The notes: generated by a model not told the origin, from the sequence alone. Positions 28,790 to 42,900 are shown, counted from the first letter of the stretch. The stretch is 64,000 nucleotides of DNA from Centroscyllium fabricii (GCA_051313645.2 JBNRSN020000058.1:1116001-1180000); one strand, 5' to 3'. Numbers and translations: made by a program.

Positions 28790-28871
28790 TGACGTGAAGG
28801 TGCCGGTGTTGGACTGGGGTGGACAAATGCAAGAACTGTTGGACTATAACCTGGTGTTGTGTGACTTCTTG
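28790..28871 (-). mobile_element. Short Penelope-like 3'-end remnant
   Basis: Same end as the 4991 copy (TGAYGTG.AGGTGCCGGTGTTGGACTGGGGTGGAC) joined to an inverted arm. Flanked by the direct repeat GATTAATTA (28781-28789, 28872-28880). Confidence 0.7.
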
Positions 28872-31800
28872 GATTAATTATGTGCAGGATTACGTTCAGA
28901 AATTAAAAAAAAACTTTTATATTAAATCTGTAATGTGCATATGCCATGACTTGTTTATTTGGAAGATTAAAGAATTGTAATCACTGCTCATCAGTGGCAA
29001 ATCTATGATTACAGTGTACACAGACGATGGACATACTTGCATATGTTTAATAATACATAATACTCGGGGCTGCCATCATTAAACTTTCACCAATGATACG
29101 ACCCTTTCATTTCACCAGTGGCCACAAAACTAAAAGCACACATTTAAAACTCTGGGTGCAATTCGTGACTTCGTGTGCTGTATGGAAAGCCTCTATTTAT
29201 TTCTATGACAATTTACCGCGTTTAGTCTGTGTTACATTTTTTGAAAGACTTCATAAGAACGAAGTAATTTCTAGTTCTTTTTTTTCTTTTCAGAACAATT
29301 TCCTGCTTAAAAATATCAATTTCAAAAGTGGGCTACGAAGCAACGATTGAAAACTAATCTCCAAATTCAATATATGACCACATTTTATTTACTTTCTTTT
29401 GCTTGTATAACAAATCAGGCAAAGCACTACATGCCAACAGGTTAAAAACAAGCAGAGTAATATTGACAATTAGGATATTTGTTCATATGTAAGGTAGTAT
29501 CGACATGAATAACAAAGTCCGAATAATATGCTGAACGAACGAATTTTACATCAGTAAATAGTATCCCAAAAGAATTATGAGGATTAACATATTGCTTCAA
29601 AATTAGATGAACAACTGAAGAATCCTATCTGCTACATCAATTCTTTGAAACTAGGGTCATTATGGGAAACTGGGAGACAATGAAAAATTGAGGAACTAGT
29701 TTAAAAGTGCAATATCAAAACAAGTTGAAGGTGTAAACACCTTTAAGGTTTTAGTTGTAAAACGTATCCAGTTACACTTCAGAAATATGCAAAAACATAA
29801 AAATATAAATGTTTATTTTGGTTCATTCAGAAACATATTTTAAAGTAATCAGTTCATATAACTGTAAGGAACTTGGGGGATACATAGAACCAATTGGAGT
29901 TTTACGACAACACTCAACGTTGGCGCTTTTAAGACAACTCGGAGTTCAATGTATTCATCCACATACATCACTTTGGCAGCTTTATAATGATAGATCTAAT
30001 AAGTGCACAAAAGGCATTCAAAATGTTACGATGCTCAAAGGTGCTTGCTTTGCAAAAATACTACAAGTAATCTTTGTTAGTTAATCTAAAGTATGCAGCC
30101 TCGCACTACATTCAAATAGTTTCTTAAAGTAACGTTCTGAACATCCGGGTTAACTGAGAAATCAACAGCTGAGTTGCAATTATCGATATTTATTTTCCTC
30201 ATATTTTTGTAACAATCGCAGAATTAAAATTAAATCCAGTTAGACTACACATTTTAATTCACCTAGTTAAAGGGATGTAGGGATTCTCCATGCAATATTT
30301 TGGTCTGCAGCAGTATTGGCATTGCAATTTTTATAACTAGCTTTATTATTAATGAATTATTAATTGTCCATTTTGGCGCTGATTCCTTTGTTTATTTTTC
30401 TCCATTTTCCTTAGAACGTAGATAACATATATTAAAAAACAAGAATATCAAAGTGACTGTATTTATCTGAGTTTATATTTAGGTTGAGCGACAGACTCCA
30501 TGCTTCCAAGTTAGGTTCTATTATTAAATTCCTTCGTCATTCTTGTTAATATTTTCCTCGTTTGAATGCGACTGTTATGCGCTTGGAGGTGAAAAGTTGC
30601 CAAACTGCAGATTAGTCCGTGATTACCATTGCATTGATAATTTTGTTGCCATTATTCTCTCTTTTCTCCTGTCTACACTGCTCACATTGGAAATTAATAA
30701 CCATGTGCCTCTACCTGCCTATACTATAATCAGGTTTAAAGTAATTCTTGCATTGTGGGAAGAAGGTTCTTTTTTTGCTTTATTTTATTCACGAAACGAA
30801 ATGGGAACCGATAGAGTTAGACAGCTTGAAGAATCAGCAGCTAAGGTGATGTAGCAAACAAACATGAACGTTTATGGCACACAGGATTTAATGCATTTGT
30901 AGTAGTTAAATACAGAATGGGACGATAGAAGAACATTTCAGACACATTAACAGGAACTTGTTACGGACTGTATCCCCCTTTTCTAGAAATAGTCAGGTAT
31001 TAGGTAAATTACATCGATTACTTTGAACATCACTAAATGTAAATATGGTTTTGCGGAAGGAGTGCACAGCCACGCATTATTCGTTAACATTACTATAGTG
31101 GATACATTTCCATAATAATCATATCTTGTTAAATGTTTTCATTGAAGAAATTCCGATTACTGTTACAGTTAGCCCCACAATTGAATACGATGGAATCAAA
31201 TAATAGTTTCTGACTAACTACTATTTATTTTTCATCGGTCGGTAGAAATAAACGTTTGCGCATACTTATAAGTAAAAAAAAGATAGAAAGAAAGGCGGCC
31301 AACACGCAGAATAATGCACAGGTAACAGCAAAAGACATTCAGTTAAAACCCTGAAGCACCAACATCCTAGTTTGATTTGGCCCTTTTAAGGCTGTAATGC
31401 TAATATATAACTTGTAATTTTAAAAAGTAGTTTCTTATCTAAATATTGCATAATATAGTCTGTAAATTATTTTTCTCAACTATCTCGTTTATTTTGTAAT
31501 ATCCGGATAGTGTTCTGCAATGTTATAATAGTCTACAAGGAATATTATTTATAGCTCTTAATATTAACCATATTGTAAATGAAATATAGCATCTGGTTGC
31601 TTTGGGAGAAATGAGGGAGCACCAAATACAGTACATGTTGCAGGCCAGCATAACTGCAAAGTAAATGTTTTGCAACACTTGCATTTTAAAAATACCAAAA
31701 TAAAAGCAAATTGTGTCATATCAAATATTGTAACTAAGATTGTAATCACTGAATACTACGCTACTAAGCTTGGCAATGCTTTATATACAGTGAGATGTAT

Positions 31801-31909
31801 GCTAATTTGAAGATTAAGTATAACTTTAAAATTATTTAATAACATTCTAATACATAATATTATTTACTTAAATATCTTTGGTCACATTGACCAAACTGCA
31901 ATACAGCTA

Positions 31910-32105
31910 AATGTAAGAAGTCACACGACACCAGGTTATAGTCCAACAGTTTTATTTGAAATCACAAGCTTTCGGAGCGCTGCTCTGAGGAAGGAGCTAC
32001 CCTCCGAAAGCTTGTGATTTCAAATAAAACTGTTGGACTATAACCTGGTGTTGTGCGACTTTACATTTGTCCACCCCAGTCCAACACCGGCACCTCCACA
32101 TCACA
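31910..32105 (+). mobile_element. Penelope-like foldback remnant containing a hammerhead-ribozyme-like core
   Basis: ~65-bp inverted arms; 12-bp TSD GCAATACAGCTA (31898-31909, 32106-32117); CTGAGGA-a-GGAG-ctacc-CTCC-GAAA at 31985-32009, followed by AATAAA. Confidence 0.8.
31985..32021 (+). ncRNA. Minimal type I hammerhead ribozyme motif (5'-truncated, probably inactive here)
   Basis: CUGANGA box, 4-bp stem II, GAAA box and a short stem III region, as in PLE-associated minimal hammerheads. The stem I 5' arm coincides with the inversion junction. Confidence 0.5.
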
Positions 32106-33758
32106 GCAATACAGCTAGATCGATTTAATGGAAATTATGTTCAACAACCTTCAAAATGAAACTTCATTAACTGGAAAACCATAAAGACAAATTGTGATAT
32201 TATTTGCTTCAAAGCTGTGATAAATTCGAAGTGTCTCCCGTTTTTGTGCGATCACAATTAGCACTTAGGTTCATCTTTGGATGTTGTATCTCAATGTTTA
32301 CTTTAAAAAACCTACTAGACACATGTGCAAGTGATCTCCAGTGCGGAGGTGTTTCAGAACACTGCGCACAAGGCGCTTTTACTAGAACTTATCTGTGTAA
32401 TACGCAGTTGGTGCCATTTGTTGAGTTGCTATTAATGGTCTGATTTAATCAGCTTTTGTATGAGATTTAAATGTCACTCTTCACACTTCCGCCAGTAAAA
32501 ATACCCACATTAAAATCTAAATTAAAAACTGTACATGCTGTCTCCACAAAACTTCAAATGCAAGCCTGCGCCGTGCAATTTAAATTTGCGTAATAACGTC
32601 AGCATTAATAATTAATATGTTGGCAACTCACCTTTAATATCACAGCTATTCTAGTAAATGAACTCTAACAACACGGTATGACTTTTGACAAATTTCTCCA
32701 CATCTGAGATGATTTTACGTAATTAAATTCAGCCTAAATAGCATAACATTTCTGTAATCGATTTAAAGGTAAATGACAAGAAAACATAAAAATAAAAATT
32801 AGAGTGCACCAAAAATATAGCCGGACGTTTAAAAAACCCTCAAAGTGCCAATGCCCCCCTTTTTAATTGGGCAGAGAAATAGTATATGGTAAAGTATCTT
32901 GAGTAAGAGGTAAAAACAGGTATTATGGTGAATCATCTGGATCTTTGCATGACAAATTGTCTGAATTAACGGATACACGTAGTATATTTTAAATAGAGGG
33001 TATGGACAAAATATATAGTAAATGATCTAAATTACTGGTACATACAGGGCATATCCTAAAACACCTTAGCTAGTAGATACACATGTGGTAAATGGTAAAA
33101 CATTAGCCAGTGGGTACACAGATGGTAACTCTTTGAAATTATGCATACGGGCTGATATACAGTGAAACAACTTTAGATCGCGTCGACATAGCCCACATTT
33201 TTAGGAATCCTCGCCCAGTTTATTTTGCTGCAGAGAAGGAATGGTTTCATTCATTTATATTTGAATAACGGAGCTCTTACTTCATATATATTTTTAGTAA
33301 GTTATTAAATGGTATTTATTCTGTTTCTTGTAAGTTTTTGACAGTAAAATGCTCTGTTAAGTTTTGGGGGTGGATTGATCGGTGATCGTCATGTTGGACA
33401 TTTAAGTTGTTTAATAACAGAAATGACGTTTGCTTTTCTTCACTGTTTTAATTGTTGCATTTCCGATCTCCGGGAGTTATTCTGTAGGTATGATACGTGT
33501 GTCTATGAGATTTTGCGGATGTAACTTCAGAGAGTGGCAGTGAATGGGATCGGTGAAATTGTTCAAAGACTCTTTGCTAACACGAGAGCCAGAGCGCCAC
33601 TAAGAGGCAGGGACAGATTCGCACTACCGCATGATTTTGGTACTTTGTGTGCCTACAAGCGCATGGTGGGAGCAGGATGGAGACCGAGAGCATACAGTAC
33701 TTATGTTTGTCAGAGTGAGTGTGTGGGCAGGAGCAATGTGCGCTGATGTGCGAGAGGC

Positions 33759-33780
33759 TGTGTGTGTGTGTGTGTGTGTG
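33759..33780. repeat. (TG)n microsatellite within a TG-rich low-complexity tract
   Basis: Directly visible. Confidence 0.9.
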
Positions 33781-34079
33781 AATGCGAGAATGTATGTGTG
33801 AGCGGAGCGAAGACATGTTTGCATCTGTGTGTTTGAGAGTGTGTGGGGGAGAGGGAATGTTTGTTGGATGTGTGCGTATGAGAGAGAAATGGGTATGACA
33901 GAACATCTTGTGAATGTGCAATGAGGTACGCGCGCACTCGTGTCCACGAGTGAATGCATTTTTAGGAATGTATGTGACTGTGAGTTAGTGAAAGAATTTC
34001 TATGAGTTTGAGAATGTCTGTAACTGAAGCTGACTATCAAAGTGCGTATCAATGAGAGCTACTGAGTGAAGAAGTAAAG

Positions 34080-34185
34080 AACACAAGACTTGCATTTCTA
34101 TAGCGCCTTTCACGACCACCGGACGTCTCAAAGCGCTTTACAGTCAATGAAACCCTTTTGAAGTGGAGTCATTGTTGTAATGTAA
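34080..34185 (-). mobile_element. L2-type LINE/SINE 3' tail fragment
   Basis: Reverse complement of ...TAAAGCGCTTTGAGACGTCC...GAAAGGCGCTATAGAAATGCAAG. Related copies at ~44066-44175 (+), ~47783-47850 (+), ~53820-53877 (+) and ~57073-57180 (-). Confidence 0.7.
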
Positions 34186-37100
34186 TAGGAAAGAGTGTAT
34201 TTGTAGTGTGAAAGTGTGAACATGAGTGAGTGGATGTCAGTCCGTATGAATGAGTGTCTGAGTGAGTGAGTGTGGGAACTTCTGTCGCTGTGCGATATTG
34301 TGGGTATCTGTCAGGCTGCAGTTACACGGCAACTTCCGGCTTCAGTAGTGTCTGCGGGCGCGGAGGCGTGCGCTTGAATGCACACACACAACCCCGCTCC
34401 CTTCGACGCTATTTTCAATGTTAGAAGAGCAGGGGTGGCAGCGCCACTGTGTTACATTAAAATAATCTATCAAAGTTTTGAAAGTTTCCAAAAGGTCTGA
34501 TGTCGCTTGGCTGGTGGTGTGCTCTGGAGTCAGATCCCGATCCGAGCGCTAAGTTACACTGCCTTCTCTATCAATGCACACCTTGACGGAAATATGGGAG
34601 AGTGGTGTGCCAGTGATATTGGGTGAACGTGTCTATTGTGAGTACACATGCATTTGCCTAAGGACGCAGTAATTGTGGGGCAAGGCGAAACTGCTCTCGC
34701 TATGTATCCCTATCATTTGAGATTCAGCATCTGACCTAACCCCAGAGTGCAGTGAATTCAAGCTGTGTGGCTGTCCCCCCAGGAGATCCTCTTACACCAG
34801 TTAGTTCGCACTGGGTACAGTATAATCCTAACCCAAATGCAAAGTCTTGTTTTAAAAATGTCAATTCAGTCATCCGGCATTTTATAAATTTACTTTCATT
34901 TTTTTTAAGTCATGCCCGCTCTTTCCTGACATTAATATGAGCGGAACGCGCAGAGTTCCTTTGTTGTCGGCTGAACGAGTCATAGTTGTCAGTACAACTA
35001 AAGTCTGATGACATCTCAGCACACTGGACAGATACGGGAGCAACACCTGTTAGCTGTAATATAACTGCAGCTGCATAAATATTTGTGAGTGTGTGTGTGA
35101 CTATGTATGTATGGATGTGTTAGTATTTAAGAACATAAGAAATAGGAGCAGGAGTAGGCCAATCAGCCCCTCAAACCTGCTCGCCATTCAATAAGATCAT
35201 GGCTGATCTGATCCTAGCCTCAAATGTACTTTCACTCTCCATCCCACCCAAACCCATGTGATCTCCCGGGAGAGGCGAAAAACCAGATTAAAAAAAACCA
35301 ATGGCCAATTTGTGTGAAAACAATCTGGAATATTCCTCTCTGACCCATCTAGGCGATCGAAACTCATCCAGGAGATCACTCAGGCCCTGAATTTCCTACA
35401 GAACCTATCCTCTGTAAGAGGTGACCAGGCCACATGGCCCCCGGGCCCGCTCCGCCACCCACATGGCCGATCCGAACCTAGACTCATGTCCACTTACCTG
35501 CCCACTCACTGTAACCCCTAATTCCCTTTACTTCTAGGAAACTGTCTATCTCTGTTTTAAATGTATTTAATGTTGTAGCTTCCACAGCTCTCTGAGGCAG
35601 CAAATTCCACAAACCTACCACCCTGTGAGTGAAGAAGTTTCTCCTCATCTCAGCTTTGAAAGGGTAGCCCCTTATTTTAAGATGATGCCCCCTAGTTCTA
35701 GTTTCACCCACCATTGGGAACATCCTCACTGCATCCACCCGATCAAGCCCCTTCACAATCTTATATGTTTCAATAAAATTGCCTCTCATTCTTCTGAACT
35801 CCAACGAGTAGAGGCCCAATCTACTCAACCTCCCCTCACATGTCAACTCCCTCATCCCCAGGATTAACCGAGTGAACCTTCTTTGTACTGCCTCGAGAGC
35901 AAGTATGTCTTTTCTTAAATATGGACACCAGAACTGTATGCAGTATTCCAGGTGTGGTCTCACCAATACCCTGCACAACTGCAGCAAGAACTCTCTGTTT
36001 TTATACTCCATCCCCTTAGCAATAAAAGCCAACACTCCATTGGCCTTCCTGATCACCTGCTGCACCTGCATTCTAACGTTTTGTGTTTTGTGCTCCAGGA
36101 CCCCCAAATCCCTCTGTACTGTAGTACATTCCAGTTTCTTTCCATTTAGATAATAACTTGCTCTATGATTTTTCCTGCTAAAGTGCATAACCTCACACTT
36201 TCCAGTATTATATTCCATCTGCCAAATCTCTGCCCACTCACTTAGCCTGTCTATGTCTCTTTGCAGGTTTTTTTATGTCCTCCTCACTCGCCACTTTCCC
36301 TCCCATCTTTGTATCATCTGCAAACTTTGATGTTGCATTTGGTCCCTTCCTCCAAATTGTTAATATAGATTGTAAAGAGTTGGGGTCCCAGCACTGACTC
36401 CTGCGGAACACCACTGGTCACTGATTGCCAGTCTGAGAATGAACCATTTATCCCAACCCTCTGCTTTCTGTTAGATAGCCAATCCTCCACCCATGCCAGA
36501 ATATTACCCCCAATCCCGTGATTTTTTATCTTGAGCAATAATCTTTTGTGTGGCACCTTGTCAAATGCCTTTTGAAAGTCTGAATACACTACATCCACTG
36601 GTTCCCCTTTATCCACCCTGTATGTTACATCTTCAAAGAACTCTAGCAAATTTGACATACATGACTTCCCCTTTGTAAAACCATGCTGACTTTGTCCTAT
36701 TAAATTATGTTTATCTAAATGTCCTTTTACTGTTTCCTTAATAATGGACTCTAACATTTTACTAACCACAGATGTTAGGCTAACTGGTCTATAGTTTCCA
36801 ACCTTCTGTCTACTATCCCTTTTAAATAAGGGCGTTACATTAGCAGTTTTCCAATCTGCCGGGACCTTTGCTGAGTCCAGGGAGGTTTTGAAAATTATTA
36901 CCAATACATCCACAATCCCTACCGCCACTTCCCTCAAGACCCTAGGATGTAAGCCATCAAGTCCAGGGGATTTATCCGCCTTAAGTTCCATTATTTTACT
37001 GAGAACCACTTCCTTAGTGATTTTAATTGTATTTAGCTCCTCTGCCCCTAAAGCCTCCTGTTTGTCCAATGTTGGGATATTCTTAGTGTCTTCTACTGTA

Positions 37101-37509
37101 AAGACTGATACAAAATATTTGTTCAGCGTTTTTACCATCTCCATGTTCCCCACCATTAATTTCCCGGTCTCATCCTCTAAGGGACCAACATTTACTTTAG
37201 CCATCCTTTTTCTTTTTATATAACTATAGAAACTCTTGCTATCTGCTTTTATATTTTTTGCTAATTTACTTTCATAATCTATCTTCCCTTTCTTAATCAA
37301 TCTTTTAGTTATTTTTTGCTGTCTTTTAAATGCTTCCCAATCTTCTATCCTCCCACTAGATTTGGCTACCTTATATGCCCTTGTTTTTAGTCGGATACTA
37401 TCCTTTATTACTTTACTTAGCCACGGATGGCTGTCTTTTCTTTTACACCCGTTTTTCATCAGTGGAATATATTTTTCTTGAAAGTTGTAAAATAACTCCT
37501 TGAATGTAC

Positions 37510-37731
37510 ACCACCCAAAGACATGCAGGTTAGGTCAATTGGAGATACTAAAAATTGCCTATGAATATGTGTGTGAGATAAAGTTCTTAGAGTTGGGGGT
37601 GTCGGGGGATATGGGGAGAGGGCAGGAGGGGAGTGCTGGGTTTGGATGATCAGCCATGATCTCGTCAAAATGGTGGAGCAGGCTCAAAGGGCCAAATGGC
37701 CTACTCTTGCTCCTATCTTCTGTGTGTTTCT
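37510..37731 (+). mobile_element. 5'-truncated SINE (V-domain end plus CR1 tail) inserted in CR1 ORF2
   Basis: CCAAAGACATGCAGGTTAGGT resembles the V-domain of the 38441 SINE. Ends in GATCAGCCATGATCTC...ATGGCCTACTCTTGCTCCTAT, the CR1 tail seen at 45160 and 63564. Confidence 0.75.
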
Positions 37732-38440
37732 GTGGTCATGTACTGTCTTATCCTTTAATCTATTTCCCCAGTCCACTCTAATCAATTCTGCTCTCATACC
37801 TTCATAGTCTCCTTTATTTAAGCTCAGTACGCTTGTTTGAGATCCAACCCTCTCACCCTCTAATTGAATTTGGAATTCAACCATGTTATGATCACTCATT
37901 CCAAGGGGATCTTTTACTTGGACATTTTTTATTAATCCTGTCACATTACACAGGACCAGATCTAAGATTGCTTGCCCCCTGGTTGGTTCAGTTACATACT
38001 GCTCAAGGAACCCATCCCTAATACACTCAATGAACTCTTCCTCAAGGCTGCCCTGCCAAATTTGACTTGTCCAGTTAATATGAAAGTTAAAATCCCCCAT
38101 AATTATAGCTGTTCCCTTATTACAAGCCCCAACTATTTCCTGATTTATACTCTGACCAACAGAGTTGCAACTGTTAGGAGGCCTATAGACTATGCCCACT
38201 AGTGTTTTCTTCCCCTTATTATTCCTTATCTCTACCCAAACTGTTTCACTATCCTGATCCTTTGACCCAATATAATTTCTCTGTATTGCAGTGATTCCAT
38301 CCTTTATTAATATAGCCACCCCACCTCCCCTTCCTTCTTGTCTGTCCTTCCTGATTGTTAAATACCCTTGTATGTTTAATTCCCAGTCATGGTCACCTTG
38401 CAGCCATGATTCTGTAATGGCCACAAGATCATGCCCATAT

Positions 38441-38757
38441 CATAGAATCATGGAATCCCTACAGTGCAGATAGAGGCCATTTCGGCCCATCGAGCCTGCA
38501 CCAACACATATCCCACCCTATCCCCGTAACCCCACATATTTAATCCCCCTAACACTAAGGGTCAATTTATCCTGGCCAATCAACCTAACCCGCACATCTT
38601 TGGACTGTAGGAGGAAACCGGAGCACCCGGAGGAAACCCATGCAGACACGGGGAGAATGTGCAAACTCCACACAGACAGTCACCCAAGGCCAAATTTGAA
38701 CCTGGGTCTCTAGCGCTGTGAGGCAACAGTGCTAACCACTATGCCACCGTGCCGCCC
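38441..38757 (-). mobile_element. Full-length tRNA-derived V-SINE (HE1-like)
   Basis: Head GGGCGGCACGGTGGCATAGTGG (A box) ... GGTTCAAATT (B box); V-domain GTGTGGAGTTTGCACATTCTCCCCGTGTCTGC...GGTTTCCTCC; CR1-type tail ending in ATTCTATG. Confidence 0.9.
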
Positions 38758-38981
38758 AAATATGTAGTTATTTGTACTGTCAACTCATCTATTTTGTTAC
38801 AAATGCTATGTTCATTCAGATAAAGAATTTTCAAGTATGTTTTGTGACAATTAATTCCTATTTTTCCCCTTTTACGACTGTACCTTTATCTCCATACATT
38901 CTGTCCCTTCCTGCCAAACTCTGGTTTTTAATTCCCCCACTGCTACCTAGGTCTATTACCTTCTCCGTTGTCAATTTTATT

Positions 38982-39843
38982 GGGCCAGAAATTCCAGTGT
39001 GCCGGTTTGTGCGGGTGCAAGGACCCAGCGGACACCTATAGCACCGCACCATCATCTCACTTTTTTAACGTCCAGACCTTCCTGTTGGCTCCGCCCCATT
39101 CCTGCGCTGTGTGGCAGTCCAGCCACGCTAGGAGCGCAGTATATGCGCTGCCGTCGTGCGTGCGTAGCAGTGATGCCCCGCCCACAGATCCCTAATTTAA
39201 ATAAAAAACGCCCCCTGCTTCACAGTCGGACTTCTGAGAGAGCAGGGACGTGAGGCCGTTATTAGGACCACGCCCACTGCTGCACCCACAGACTCGGCAG
39301 TGTGCACCACGGCCAGAGCAGCTTTTCAATGTCGGTAAGTCTTAGAGATGTTTTCTCTTAGTTTTTTAAATTAAGGAAAGAGTTAAAAATTTCTGAACTT
39401 TAAATTTAAAAATAAGCGATTTGGAATAGGTATAGCAATTGAAATTTGGATTTTTAATTAAAAAAAAAAAACTTTAACAGCAAAATTTAATGATAGCGAT
39501 CAGGCCACATTACTCCAAAACACTTAAAAAAATTAAAATTAAGGGTAAAAACGTCCATTACCTGTGTTTAGGAACGCACTGCTCTCACCAACGCACAGGT
39601 TACGACTCCTATTTTCTCGTGCAGCCCCAGGCCCAGTTGCCCACAGATTCACGCACAGAATCACACCCCAAAACATCGGGATTTTTGGGTGCAATTCTTT
39701 TGTGCGTTCCATGCTGAGGCCTCTTCTCCCTCAGCATCGGAAAGCTCCGATCCATGGGCATGCCCCGTGCGATCATCGCACGGGGTATATTGGCACCCCT
39801 CCGTGCGGTTGCAGCTACTCCCAGGCACCCGAATTTCTGGCCC
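38982..39843 (+). mobile_element. Non-autonomous TIR element (MITE, family A copy 1)
   Basis: TIRs GGGCCAGAAATTC / GAATTTCTGGCCC; ATT on both flanks (3-bp TSD); interrupts CR1, which resumes on both sides; near-collinear copy at 43123. Confidence 0.9.
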
Positions 39844-39973
39844 ATTATTTGCTCTCTAGAAACCACCCCCACTAATTAGTTAAAAGCCCTTTCTACAGCC
39901 CTAGTTATATGATTCGCCAGGATGCTGGTCCCAGCCCGGTTCAGGTGGAGCCCGTCCTAATGGAACAGCTCTC

Positions 39974-42900
39974 TTGTGAGTGTATGTGTGACTAAGTATG
40001 TATGGATGTGTTAGTATTTATGAGTGTATGTGTGACTAATTATGTGTGGATGTGTTAGTATTTGTGAGTGTGTGTGTGACTATGTATGGATGTGTTAGTA
40101 TTTGCGAGTGTGTGTGTGACTAAGTATGTATGGATGTGTTAGTATTTATGAGTGTGTGTGTGATTAGGTATGTATGGATGTGTCAGTATTTGTGAGTGTG
40201 TGTGTGACTATGTATGGATGTGTTAGTATTTATGAGGGTGTGCATGACTAATTATGGATGTGTTAGTATTTGTGAGTGTGTGTGTGACTAAGTATGGATG
40301 TGTTAGTATTTATGAGTGTGTGTGTGACTAAGTATGTGTGGATGTGTTAGTATTTGTGAGTGTGTGTGTGACTAAGTATGTACGTGTTAGTATTTATAAG
40401 TGTGTGTGTGTGACTATGTATGTATGTGTTAGTATTTATGAGTGTGTGTGACTAAGTATGTATGGATGTGTTAGTATTTGTGAGTGTGTGTGTGACTATG
40501 TATGGATATGTTAGTATTTATGAGTGTGTGCGTGACTATGTATGGATGTGTTCGTATTTGTGAGTGTGTTTGTGACTAAGTATGTGTGGATGTGTTAGTA
40601 TTTGTGAGTGCGTGTGTGACTATGTATGGATGTGTTAGTATTTGTGAGTGTGTGTGTGACTAAGTATGGATGTGTTCGTATTTCTGAGTGTGTGTGTGAC
40701 TAAGTATGTGTGGATGTGTTAGTATTTGTGAGTGTGTGTGTGACTAAATATGTATGTGTTAGTATTTATGAGTGTGTGTGTGACTATGTATGTATGTGTT
40801 AGAATTTGTGAGTGTGTGTGTGACTAAGTATGTATGTGTTAGTATTTATGAGTGTGTGTGTGACTAAGTATGTATGGATGTGTCAGTATTTGTGAGTGTG
40901 TGTGTGACTATGTATGGATGTGTTAGTATTTATGAGTGTGTGCGTGACTATGTATGGATGTGTTAGTATTTGTGAGTGTGTGTGTGACTAAGTATGTATG
41001 TGTTTGTATTTATGAGTGTGTGTGACTATGTATGGATGTGTTAGTATTTTTGAGTGTGTGTGTGACTATGTATGTATGTGTTAGTATTCATGAGTGTGTG
41101 TGTGACTATGTATGGATGTGTTAGTATTTGTGAGTGTGACTAAGTATGTATGTGTTAGTATTTGTGAGTGTGTGTGTGACTATGTATGGATGTGTCAGTA
41201 TTTATGAGTGTCTGTGTGACAATGTATGTATGGATGTGTTAGTATTTGTGAGTGTGTCTGTGGCTATGTATGGATGTGTTAGTATTTGTGAGTGTGACTA
41301 AGTATGTATGGATGTGTTAGTATTTGTGAGTGTGTGTGTGGCTATGTATGCACGTGTTAGTATTTGTGAGTGTGACTAAGTATGTATGGATGTGTTAGTA
41401 TTTGTGAGTGTGTGTGTGGCTATGTATGGATGTGTTAGTATTTGTGAGTGTGACTAAGTATGTATGTGTTAGTATTTGTGAGTGTGTGTGTGACTATGTA
41501 TGGATGTGTCAGTATTTCTGAGTGTCTGTGTGACAATGTATGTATGGGTTAGTATTTATAAGTGTGTGTGTGTGACTACGTATGTATGGATGTGTTAGTA
41601 TTTGTGAGTGTGTGTGTGACTATGTATGGATGTGTTATTATTTATGAGTGTGTGTGTGACTAAGTATGTATGTATGTGTTAGTATTTGTGAGTGTGTGTG
41701 TGACTATGTATGTATGTGTTAGTATTTATGAGTGTGTGTGTGACTATGTATGGATATGTTAGTATTTGAGTGTGTGTGTGACTAAGTATGTATGTATGTG
41801 TTAGTATTTGTGAGTGTGACTATGTATGTATGTGTTAGTATTTATGAGTGTGTGTGTGACTATGTATGGATATGTTAGTATTTGAGTGTGTGTGTGACTC
41901 AGTATGTGTGGATGTGTTAGTATTTGTGAGTGTGTGTGTAACTATCTATGGATGTGTTAGTATTTGTGAGTGTGTGTGTGACTAAGTATGTATGTATGTG
42001 TTAGTATTTGTGAGTGTGTGACTAATTCTGCATGTGTTAGTATTTATGAGTGTGTGTGTGACTATGTAATGATGTGTTAGTATTTGTGAGTGTGTGTGAC
42101 TGAGTATGTATGGATGTGTTAGTATTTGTGAATGTGTGTTTGACTATGTATGGATGTGTTACTATTTGTGAGTGTGTGTGTGACTAAGTATGTGTTAGTA
42201 TTTATGAGTGTGTGTGTGACTATGTAATGATGTGTTAGTATTTGTGAGTGTGTGTGTGACTATGTATGTATGGATGTGTTAGTATTTGTGAATGTGTGTT
42301 TGACTATGTATGGATATGTTAGTATTTGAGTGTGTGTGTGACTATGTATGTATGTATTAGTATTTGTGAGTGTGTGTGTGACAAAGTATGTGTTAGTATT
42401 TATGAGTGTGTGTGTGACTATGTATAGATTTGTTAGTATTTGTGAGTGTGCGTGTGACTGTATGTATGTGTTACTATTTGTGAGTGCGTGTGTGACTATG
42501 TATGTATGTGTCAGTATTTGTGTGTGTGTGTGACTAAGTATGTATGGATGTGTCAGTATTTGTGAGTGTGTGTGACTATGTATGGATGTGTTAGTATTTG
42601 TGAGTGTGTGTGACTATGTATGTATGGATGTGTTAGTATTTGAGTGTGTGTGTGACTATGTATGGATGTGTTAGTATTTGTGAGTGTGTGTGACTAAGTA
42701 TGTATGGATGTGTTAGTATTTGTGAGTGTGTGTGACTATGTATGGATGTGTTAGTATTTGAGTGTGTGTGTGACTATGTATGTATGGATGTGTTAGTATT
42801 TGTGAGTGTGTGTGACTATGTATGGATGTGTTAGTATTTGTGAGTGTGTGTGACTATGTATGGATGTGTTAGTATTTGTGAGTGTGTGTGACTATGTATG

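Larger units (their letters stand above)
35129..39973 (-). mobile_element. CR1 LINE, 5'-truncated in ORF1, ORF2 disrupted, with nested SINEs and a MITE
   Basis: ORF1 C-terminus with SGNH-type DGLHLN motif (~39973-39875); APE endonuclease (AITESWL, VYRPP, MGDFN, SDHNMV); RT ([35 protein letters not shown]); C-terminal LVRPHLEYC; TTCTTATG tail at 35129. Frameshifts and stops present. Confidence 0.95.

Noticed and set aside
38700-38757. tRNA gene
   Set aside because: The A/B boxes belong to a SINE head; no full cloverleaf and it continues into a V-domain.
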